Shown here: positions 1-12,000 of the stretch, one piece after another
Position numbering within the stretch: position 1 is the first letter of the stretch
How the letters are laid out: every line of letters starts with the position of its first letter
Assembly: GCF_000150275.1 (NCBI RefSeq)
Contig: NW_002060945.1
Coordinates: forward strand, 9,502,011 to 9,566,010
DNA length: 64,000 nt
From: Trichoplax adhaerens
Lineage: Eukaryota; Animalia; Placozoa
Direction: 5' to 3'
Position numbers and translations under genes: made by a program
The notes under the pieces: model-generated
Databases searched by the model: none
Told to the model about the DNA's origin: nothing
The model's input: the letters and a program-made list of their open reading frames with translations, nothing else

Positions 1-1379
1 CAATCTTCAAACAATCTCACGATTGCATTCCAGAAATGTTTAATTTGTGCTGTAGCTTACTAAAACACATTTCGCGTATGGGCTATCGATCACCTATCTA
101 ATCCATCCAATAGCTTCAAGATCATCATGTTATTAAAAATATGATTAATCTAATATAATCTTTGATTACATTTGAACTTAGTTTCAGTTAACACTAATTT
201 ACCGCTATTGAGTTACGCATCGCTTTTGAATGAAAAGAAAATATTTTTTTAAGCTTTGAATTCATTCATTACTCAAATACTACTTTTCTATCTCCAAGAC
301 TCAACAACACTCCATCATGGCATTTTCTATTAAGAGTACAAACAACATGGTCCATATAGATTCGTTGGATAATTTCAACATTAAAATAATCTACTTAGTG
401 GTACAAGTGAAACTCAAATATTTTTCAAAAATGAGTTATGATTTTACCTTAGTAGTAACCAAATTTCATTATTTCAATCTTCTACTACAGTCAGCTCCTA
501 TCCAAAATAGAGTTCTTAGTAAGAAGAAGTATGGCAAAGATTCACGATGAATTATGATTGCAATACAATTCTAAATTGTAATCTTACCTGCTAATTGGGA
601 TAGATATTATAAAATTGTCACCATCTGTAAAATGGATTACCTGTCATCATTTCAAAACTGGCATGCATTCATTTCTAGCTAGTACCGTACGAGTATACCA
701 TAGCTGTGTTATGACTTCCTTTGCCATCATAGACTTTTCCACCTCAAATTTTTTAACAATTTACTTTCTATACCCTTCCATGATCTTATAGAATAAAATG
801 CGATTTATTAACATTGATTTGAAGATGCAGAAAAATGATTCTTCTCGCTTCTATTCATAAATAATTAAATTCGAGTTATTTAACGATTAGAAGTCACACA
901 GCCATTAAGAATACTTCATATTGTAAAGTAATCATATTTTAGAAGTATTAGCACTTGCTGTTTTATACTAATCGGTAGTTATTATCCTCATCTTAGCATA
1001 CTATGTTGTAGATATACTCCATTTTTATTTTTTAAAGAAGGAAGTAAATTGAAATTGTCATTAACACATCGCCTGAAGTACTTTATTCGAACTAATAATT
1101 AGAAAAAATGAAATCGCCTTTCAATTTTTAATATTCTTATTTTATTTCTAATGTTTAAGAGGATCACTTTCTAAACGTGAGTGGCTTTTATCATCAGTAG
1201 CCTGTCTATATTATAATTGATAGAAGGATATTAAGCCGGCTAAGATGAAGAAAATTGAAATCCTATTAAAGCACTCGGGACTATATTTCGCTTCCAGTAT
1301 AGCGCACACTACCTTTCCATGTATGAGTAATTTTCAAGCGTCAATAACCATGTAAACTACTTCATAAACAGGGCGATAG

Positions 1380-2290
1380 AGGCAAGATATAGTTAAACTA
1401 CCTATTCAGTCTAATTTTAATAATGGAAGGATGACCAATGTTAAAAGATAGACATGCACCCGTAATTATCGATAAATTGCATATACAACTCATATCTAAA
1501 GTCCTTCCTCTATTTGACTATTACGATATACCCGGCACATAAATATAGAGCTAAATTATCCATATTTTCCATCTAACTGTTTTAATTATGAAAAGATGAC
1601 TAACATTAAAAGATAGAAGTAACACCCATGATCATCAATAAATTGCGTATATCTAGGATTCTTCCTCTAAATGACTGTTACGCTGAATCCAGTAGGCAAA
1701 ATATAGCTAAATTATCTATATATTCCATGTAATTCCATTAGGAAAGGATAACTAATGTTAATAGATGCAATACCCATGATTTCCGGTAAATTGCATATAC
1801 CTATGATCTTTCCTCTTCAGAGGTATGAATATTATAGTATACCCGGTATACTAGATATAGCTAAATTATTGACATTCTCAACCCAAATTGCTTATGTAAA
1901 GATGACGAATATCACTAGATAAAAATAACACCCATGATTATCAATCAATTGCATATATCTAGGGGTTCTTCCTCTATATAATTATAGTATTGCGTCAAAT
2001 TTAATATACAAGATGTACAGTAGCTAAGTTATCCACATAGTCAATCAAATTTCAATTATGAACGGAAGACCAATGTTAAAAAGTAGAAACAGCAACACCG
2101 ACGATTAATATCTTGCATACAATATACAGGATCTCTTTCTCTGAGCATTGCGGTGTAAACAAGATACGGCTAAATTATCTACATAGTTAAATCCATATTT
2201 TAAATTGTGAAAGGATGATCAATGTTAAAAGATAGAACAACACTCTTCATCATAAATTGCGTATCCAGGATCCATCTTCTCTATCACTTT
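1380..2290. repeat. Degenerate tandem array, about 6 units of about 150-165 bp
   Basis: The anchor aaggatgaccaatgttaaaagataga and its variants recur at about 1427, 1592, 1744, 1898, 2061 and 2211. Each copy is preceded by a gctaaattatc-like motif and followed by cacccatgat...aaattgcatat. Confidence 0.85.
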
Positions 2291-3079
2291 TGTTATTATT
2301 ACATAGATAACGTATATCCACCCTATTTTTTAAAAAGGACGGAAATTAAATGATACCAGTATGCACAGTAAATGGCAACATTATAGAAGCAAATAGTCTT
2401 ACGGATATTCATATAAATCTTTGTCTGTTTCTGATTTACTAATACGACTTCGTTCTTGGTCAAGCTTTAAAAGATACCGCAATATACTGTTGTACAGCTT
2501 TTATTCTTTGAGAAGTACCGCATTACAAGAATCAGCATCCTTAGCACGATATTGCCAGCAAAATCTATCTCATTTTCAGATATCCTCGACGTTAATTAAA
2601 TTCTTGATGCTTCTGTAGATCTCGACGTACGAGTAGCATTGACATTTAAAATAAACGTATATCGACAATCTTATTTTCAATAGTATAATTTTCATTTTAT
2701 TATGAATTTTGAAAGCTGTTAGAATATTTTTCACATGCTTTTTCACCATAATTTCTTTAGTATTTTTTAACTACTTTATTTTTTCTCCTGTCATGTTTAA
2801 AACTAGCATGATTTAGCTTATTAATGTTTATCATATCGATTACAAGGCTTATCCGATTTTAATGATCTCATCTCTGTAAGATTGTAACTAAAACTATATT
2901 ATAATATATGTTTATCACTACTAACTGTAAATTCATGTTCTTTTCCAATCAATAATGTAACTATAGATTAACCACAGAAGCGAAGAAATTTGTAGTGTAT
3001 CAGAAGTACATCAATTGTATCCATTAATTTGGAGGAGTTTTATCTATCGATCTACAGCAACATAATTCAATTATTAGCG

Positions 3080-6000
3080 ATGGCTCTATGGATCTTAGGG
3101 ATCTATCTACTTGGAATGAGTGCTAACTTACCTGTAATCTATTCAGCAGGTTAGAATAAAAGCTAAGGCAATCATGGTTACATGCTTAATTTAGCTAACA
3201 AGATTAATTGAGGGCTAATGAATGTAAAAGTCAGCATAATTTTATATACGTGATTAATTAATTAAATAGAGGCCTTTACCTAGAGATAGTAATATTATTT
3301 CGATAGGATTTAAAGCATCATTCATTTTTAGGTACGAGAAGGTAGTATGGTATAAAATCGATTTTCAGAATTATAATTGCATGACGAAGATATCTCCACT
3401 GAATGAATTTTAGGATGTTTTTGTTTATTCGATTTAGCCCATACGTCTGTTCATAAATAGTGTTCAAAAATTGTGATTAATTATCATTTGATAAACTATT
3501 CGTGACATTTGTATACGCGTACTATACATTATTCGTAAAGCTTTAAACTCTGTTATCGATTTCACCACTTTATAGTAGGCATGAAAGAAATACTTTGGAA
3601 ATAGGGTCATTAAAATTAATTTTATCTATTTCTTTCGCTAGTTTAATAAAATTTTATAGTCAACCTAATTTAAATTAGAAGGAAATAAATGTTCTTGTTT
3701 CTTTTGGGTTTCTCGCGTATAGATTATACGTTTGCGAAGCAACCTTCCGATGTGATCATTATGGGAGGCACTATCGAAGCAGTGCTGGAATGTCAAGCCG
3801 AACCTATGCTAAATTTTCCTTGGTCTTACAACTGGTTACGGGGAAACCAGCTAGTTCATAACAATTCAAATAATCGATACCATTCATATCACCGTACAAC
3901 CAAGCTAACTATTAGCTTAAGAAATAGTGATGGTTATTTCTTTAGTCAAGGTGAAGTCAATGATTATCGATGTACTGCCACCAATGCTAATGGAACCATT
4001 ACCTCTAAACTTGCTCGATTAATTTCTGGACGTAAGTTTAATTTATGCAATGCAGTCTCGTACTTTACTACTTTTAATTTTAATTTTTAATTCTATTCTT
4101 CATCATTTTCTCGTTTTGTTAAACTTTTGAATTTCATAAATGAAAAGCGTAGTTATTATACTATAATAAATTGATAAAAAAATAATAAATCCAGGCGATA
4201 TTAGAATAAATTTTTCATCATCTAAAATTATGACTATACTGTCGTTATGAGTAAAGCCATCATTTTAAGATGACATGATTCATTAATAGCACTCATTTAC
4301 TATCTTCACTTCCTGTGCCTTTTTAATGGATGTCCTTTCTAGTATAATAAGCTAGCTGCTAGCCAAGCTGGTGTATAAATTCATATCAGTAAATAATAAT
4401 GTTTACCTGCCTTGGATAAAGAGCATTAGTCTTAATTTTTAATTTTAGTACGACATTTATCCGAATGTATCGACCCTAAAATGTACGGATTATTTTACTT
4501 TTACCATTTAAAGATATTCTATTTAGAAAAGTTTCTGATATCATAGCGGAGCTATTCTATACTAAAGAATCTCTCCGACAAATAACGTTCTATACTCGTC
4601 CATAGAAGTATACTATTACCAGTCTTGCTTATAGTTAAATTTATAGTTCCCCTCTGCCAAAAAGAATTAATTTGAATTCCTCTATATTAAGTTACGAAGA
4701 AGCTAACATAGCTAATGTTATGCAATTGAGTTGTTAAATCATCTCTCGTACGATTAAATGAAATTCTCTGTTCCCTAAACTGATTCTTCTTGCAGTTATT
4801 ACATAACGCCAATTTTATACTTTTCTGATCGAGCCTATAGCTAGGAATTGCCGTACAACAATCAAATCTTTAATAGATATTCTAAATTATATTTGGAAAG
4901 CAATGACAGTTACATAATTCGCTTAAAGCAAACTCGCATTTATTCATTCCTACATAATCTTAGATTAAGACTATACCCTTTTACTTTCAATTTTAAGATG
5001 CAACTAATTACACCTGCATAATTTGATATAAAACTTAGATTTACTCATTTATACTTGATATTTAATCATGGTCATGTCCTTTGATTTCAATCGTTTTTAA
5101 TGTATTAATGATAGCTAAAAATATATTATTCTACCGTTCAATATAAACTATGCTTGAATTTTTCACTCGTATATGATATTAGATCATGTCTATCTACTTT
5201 TGATTTCAATTTTTCTAATGTAACTAATTACTGCAGGGACTACTAAAACTGTCGTTTTTCTTGTAGTAGCTCTTACTGATAATTACAAAATTTGATATAG
5301 ATTAAAAAATTGGATTTATTTATTCGTACAGGATGCTTGGTTGAATAAAGTATGCCTTTTGGATTTAGCCTTTCTAATTGGACTAATAGATCTCATGCTT
5401 GATTATTTCTCACTAGTTGCTTCACCTTTTACTGACAAAACCCAAAAAAACTTGAATAAAGATCAATATGAGCCCTTAGTGATACCATCGAACTATCAAT
5501 CAATACCTGGACTATCACTAAGTATTAATTGGAGGAAAAAAATGGGATTGAATTCGTTTCAAGCCATTGAATTTGGCAATGATGGACGACGAAGTGTTGC
5601 CCTCAACGGGGATATAGTTTTTTCCAATTTACTTCTTTTAGATAACTTAAATTATACATGTGAAGCAACATTAGTCGTTTCTGGCGACATAAGACGTAGT
5701 CGTGGATCACTAAATGTATTAACGGTCAACGGTAAAGGTAATATCGATATTAACTTTAGATATAGCTTAATCTATCAATGCGTTATGTCTATTTCACTCC
5801 TCTATTAATGAAACATTGCTTACTAATTCCGATAAAATACTTATGCAATATGTTATCTCCGCTACTGCCTTATCCTTAATTTCTCACCCTTTTTGTATTA
5901 TTTCTAATTTCATATGTAACTATCTATTACCGATATCATGGATACAGCCTGTAGTGGAAGTACTTGTGGTAAGTTTATAATAAAGAGAATAATAATAATT

Positions 6001-9000
6001 TGACTGACAGTTTACAACCAATGGCTATAAAAATTCTTGGGATAAATTTCATTCTTTTCATAGTTGTAGACAAAAGTTGTCTACTTTAGTGTAAAAAAAA
6101 TAAATAAGATCTTAAAGTAATTGCCCTCAGGGCATAATCGTATTGTCACATCAGTAGGTCATTTCTATTCTCTTTCCTTCGTAAACTAGTGGAAAAGTCA
6201 ACAAAAATGCTGTAAATAATCATGGTACTTCAGTTCCATCTGCAATAACATCCAGTTATTCACTGTTATGTTGATTAAAATTTATCCTTCTTTCGTTATT
6301 GCCAAATTCGTCAAAAAACTTTTCCTTCATACGAGGAGTTTCTATTTCGGAAATACTTTCGTAATATTTATCGCCCACTACAGTTCAATGGGTTTAAGGT
6401 TAATTTTACTCTTTTTCTCATTTTGAAATATGGCAATTGTTCTTGTCAGAAATATCATCTGGCAGTTGATATGTCATTAATATTTCACTAATTGTTATCA
6501 TATTTATATCTTATATAATTCAATAAGGTAACGCGCAATAAATAAGATATCATATCGAGATATATTAAATTATTAAATCATAAGAATTTCATGAACCAAA
6601 ATATAAAACGATTTTTTAGTGATAGAGTTCAATAAGATAGCTTTACTGGAGCAGATCTTACATCTAGATACGTTAAATTGTTAAATCGTAAGAATCTTGT
6701 TAATTAAACTAGTAGAATAATTTTAAATAATGACCAAAGAATATCATCCCTTTATTCTCGACTTCTTCATACTAGAATGTAAGCATTCAAGTTGACTAAT
6801 ATGATAAAATAACAACATACTACTTACCTTAACTTTATTCATCTAATGTTATACTAAGAATTCAAGCTGATTATGAGGAAACATCGCTATATCTTACATA
6901 GATTGACTTTATGTACAAGTCTTGATTAGATTAATTATTACCTTTTGAAAATCATTTGATAAGCACCATGACATAGGCACGTTATTACGGTATAAGAAAA
7001 ATGATTTCAATATATATTACTATAATAAACTATCACTTTGATCGATCTGAGTAAAATCACTTCGACTTTATAGCTACAGAATAGGGAAATATCTATACAA
7101 GGTTTAAATTAATCTAAAATTAAATACACTCGAATTGAGTAACATGATAAAGCAACACCATTTTATTTGCAATAACTTTACTAATCTATTGCCTAGATAG
7201 ACTGACTTTATATTCAAAGTCTGAATAAGATTTAACGTCGGTTGCAGTAGGAATATTATAGCTACATTCTTGTGACAAGAAAAGAAATTGATTTAATACT
7301 AATTATACTACTGTAACATGATATTACTTTGATTTGTCTGGGTAAAATTATTTTAACTAAAGCTATTCCATAATAAAATGGCAATGTAGGATTTAAATTG
7401 ATTTATAAACTCAAAGTTTTATGTTATTATTTTCCTTTTTCCAATTTAGATCGTCCATTGACAGTTATTAGGACTAGCAATTCCATCGTAGCTGGAGTCT
7501 TAGGAAGAGATGCAAGTTTGGAATGCATCCCTGGTGGACGGTATGTGGATAAATTAAGTATTTGAAAGCTAGTTAGGTTAATTTTAATTGATGAGAGAAT
7601 ATCGGCACTTGATTTATCCATCTAAAAATGCCATGGCACTTCATTTGTGATTTAACCATGGATTACTCAATTCATAGTTTAGCTAGAATGGTTTAGTGAC
7701 AATATACTGAACGCAGGTAGATGATATCCCACAAGATACAGCATATCTCTAGTTACTTTAACGACGGCATAAACCGTAACACTATTATTAAAGTAAAACT
7801 GATTCCTTTTGATCATTATCATCTCAGTTTTAAAGGTTTCCAATATGATTTCTCTCGTTATGTGAATAGAATAAAGTGAATGATTGCAAATTTCCATCAT
7901 TCCCTAGTTTTACTATAAACAACTAAATACCTAAATACGGTGCAATGTGATTCCTATTTCTTTATTAAACTGTGCTTAGGCAATTAAACTTTTATTACAC
8001 TAATAAAATAAAATAACCGATTGCAATTTTTGTCATTCGCCAATTTAAACAGCTAAACACAAGGTGATCCCTATTTCTGTACCAAATTACGTATAAACAA
8101 TTAATATCTATTGCTTGTATAAACTGTAAATTCTATCATCTAATTTTAAACAACCGGAAACAAGATAATTTATCATTTAGTATTAAATTGTGCAGAGATA
8201 ATCAAGTATCCGTTGCATGTATGAAGTAAACCGAATGATTTAGTATTCTCCGATTTTAACCCACTTGACGCAAAATGATTTCCTTTTTTATGGTAAATTG
8301 CGCATATACAATCGAATATCTATCGAGTGCATAGATTGCAAATTCTATCCGTCTCTAATTTTAAACAACCGGACATAAGATGATTCCTCATTCTGTATTA
8401 AATAGCGTGAAAATAATTAAGTGACCGTTGTGCATGTAGACTAAAATTAACGATTCTAACATGCTCTGATTTTAAATAACTTGACAAAAAATGATCAAAT
8501 CTCTATCGTAGATAATTAAAAATCTATTTCAATTCTAGACTCAAAGTTTAATCCATTTTGTATCATTCATAAATTGGATTTTAGGCCTACTCCAGTTGTC
8601 AGTTGGTGTATCTACAATCCTTTCAACTATCAATGCCGACCAATTGTCTCTGATAATAGTAAATACTTGTTACAGTTTGGTAATCGACGACTTCTGATTC
8701 GAAACATTGGATATCAAGATAGAGCCATTTATCGCTGTGTCATGAAACTTAACTCCCAAGAACAAAGACGTGATATTAACTTAATCATTCACAGTAAGAA
8801 CTAATGGATAGATTGATTCAGTATTAGCTACTATAAATCGTCTTCTGTATTTGTTTCTTTGCTTTATCTGATCATAAGCTAGAATAAAATATAAGACAAT
8901 ATTTGGGTACTCAGTAGAGAATATTTATTAAATAATGATGACTCTGGTCAGATTTTTATATGTTATGGGTAGTTTATTACATCTCAACATGATTTTAACT

Positions 9001-12000
9001 GCAGAATCTATTATGAAAGAAGTAATGATCATTTCCTAAAAGAAAATAATAATACTATTCACTGATCTCAATAGCGCTACCAACTTGGAGTAATCCATTA
9101 ACTTATACTACTGCATCCATTGAGGATCGCTTTACTTGGCCATGTATAGCTGTTGGCACTCCTCCTATTACCTATCGGTGGTATCGAAATGGAAGTGAGA
9201 TCCTTCGGAATGATCGTCGATTTACATTTACCAATAGTTACGGCAATATTATCTTTAACAAGTTGGAAACAACCGATATTGGCGTTTATCAATGTCAAGC
9301 AACTAATCAATATGGGACTATATTTTCAAGTGGTTATTTACTCGTTAGATGTAAGTTTAGTGAATAGCATCGACATGCAACAAGTCAATAGCATTGTTCT
9401 AATAGTATATCGAAGGGATGCTTATCAATCCGATATACTGTATATTCAGCTAATAACATCAACGCTAGAAGAAGGCCAAAATAGTACAGTTTTAATAATA
9501 AAATTATTCTCTTTAAGCTGTCTATCCAATCCTTTTCAATAGCAGTTAGTTTATTGAGTAACCGCTGACCAGCTAGAACTAAAGCTCATTTAGAATGCAG
9601 ATTGTTAGTAAATATAAATGCTAAAATCCCTTTAGAGATCAAATTAAATATCCAAGTACGTATGTATCCATTTGATATTCGTTAAACCTCAATAGAATTT
9701 TACCAGAATTTCGAACTTAAAAACTGAAGTTACCAAATGATAATTTATTTCTATGCTGAGAGTAAATCATATTCCAAGTACTTTCGCTTACATTTAGAGC
9801 TTAATGAGCTTTAGATATTTAATATCTCTAGTAACTCCCCTGCTCAGCTTATTTCTGAACTTTTCTTACTCGCTATGTAATTTATGTATAGCAGCAATAC
9901 CTCTTAATGTCGGCAGTCGGATAAAATTGAAGTCGTTACTTAAACTCTCGCATCTTTAATTTGCCATACTAACTACATGGTGATTTTTGGACACAGTAGC
10001 AAAGGCATCGTAACGATTGCGCTAGGATAAATTATCAAGAGCTTACATTAATTTCTACTAGTTAGCTACAGTATAATTTTATATATTGCATAAAGTTGCT
10101 TGCTTCAAGCATTATTTCAATCGCATTAGAACCACTGCGATAGATTAAAATTAATAAAACTATTTGCTTGTAATTGCAGCGTTTGGCGTCATTTTTACTA
10201 AGCCTTTTAATCAAAATCAACTCATTCAAACTGGTCAAATTGGAGAATTTGAATGTTTAGTTGATGGTGGACCAAAACCTACTATGATCTATCGTTATAA
10301 TGGTAGTGTTATCCAATTCCCGTCTAGTAAATATACTGCCCTATCCAATGGCAATTTAAGAATCCATAATGTTGCGATTAATGATACTGGAAGTTATCAA
10401 TGTACCGCTACAAATCGATTTACGCCCAATCCTATTACGAGTACCGCATCACTTCGAGTTTATGGTTAGTTTGCTAAATAATTTTTAAAATAGATGTCAT
10501 TACTGTACATACTACGTCATGGTCGTTAATCCATTTCTATCCGCCTATTTGATGGAAAGAATATATGCTTAAATTGAAAGATATTTCAGTAAAATAAAGG
10601 ATAAATAGAGTACTATAACTAGATTTCATCTTTTACTTTAGAGAGAACAAGGATTATTCATGGGCCTGTTAATCGAAACTATCGAATACAAGAAAGTGCA
10701 ACACTACCTTGCAATGTGACTAGTGATTTTAGACTTCGTTCCAATATTCAAGTGGTTTGGTATCGCAATAATGTTACTATCCAAACAAATCCTATCTATC
10801 GACTTACTGAACAATATCCAAATTATCAACTACGTATTATTAATGGGATTAGATCCATAAGTGGTAACTTTACTTGTACAGTAACTGCTACTACTCCTGG
10901 CTTAACGACATTTTCTGACAGCAAAACTGCGACTATTTTATTCAATGGTAGGTTTACATATCGTAACGGAATGGGTTATCCTTCCTTTTTTTCAAACATT
11001 ACAATATAGCCTAATTTAATGGCTAGTCGATTTGGCTAGGGTCTTTTACCTTTATTTTTCTTGCCAGTAAATACTTTATTGTTATACGAAAGAAGAAATC
11101 GACAACTAAGTTAGCTTGCTACTATAGCATTTCTTAAATTGCAATAGTAAATTTAATTTTAATATCAGATTATTCCGTACATTGATCTATGATAGTAAAA
11201 GTTATTAAAATTATCGCTAGTAAAGCCTTTTTTGAATTGTTTTCTAGCTGTAGCGTAGAAATAGTATATCATAATAGCTAGTTAGCCTCTGATATTAAAC
11301 GCATTAAAATCTTTGTGATGATAGATATTCCAGTAGCTCCTTCTCTACAAAGTATTAATAGAATTAGTAATACTATGGCTAACATGACTTGGGAATTTCC
11401 TGCTAATGGCGATAATGGAAGCCCATTGAGAGAATTTCTTATCGAATACAAGTCTGATTTTTACGATCAAGTTCGAGTATTTCAAAGAATTAGTGATACT
11501 GCAGCGCGTTATGCCATCCTAAATTTTTCTCCCTGGGTAATTTATCAGCTACGTGTTGTTGCAGTTAATGGAATAGGTCGAAATACCACTAACAGCTTTT
11601 TAACTTTTAGCACAAAAGCTATCACTAATGGTAAGGTGATAAATATCTTTTCTCGTAACATCAGTATTATATTAAGAGTAGAGATTTACGATCCTATGTA
11701 GTATAGAAATGAAAGGCTAATTATGCTATGTATTTCTTGCTCTATTTGGAAAATTTCGGTATCTAAAGTACCTACTGGTAAGGTGGAGAATCTTTATAGC
11801 AGAATTCGTGGATCAGCTCGCAACGCATTAAACATTTTCTGGAAGGTAAGATTGGCCTTAAATAAATTAAAATTTAGTCGTTGCTCTTCAATCTAAAATA
11901 GGCTGTAATAACATTACTGCATGGCTTATTTTTATGTAGCCATTAAGTCGAGAAGATGAAAATGGGCCTAACATAGGATACCAGATACGTTATCGCTTAA

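Noticed and set aside
317-550. Short ORFs in AT-rich intergenic or intronic DNA (also 2421-2618, 7679-7900, 16949-17188, 19687-19881, 36738-36962, 53900-54151)
   Set aside because: They have no recognisable domain or splice-consistent context, and their composition mirrors AT-rich non-coding DNA.
1380-2290. Possible CRISPR-like repeat-spacer array
   Set aside because: The whole unit is homologous between copies, with no unique spacers. The repeats are degenerate, the context is eukaryotic and there are no cas genes.
9153-9542. 129-aa hydrophobic ORF on + and 70-aa ORF on -
   Set aside because: These are alternative-frame shadows of the Ig4 exon 9075-9350, whose real frame reads WPC...WYRNG...DIGVYQC.
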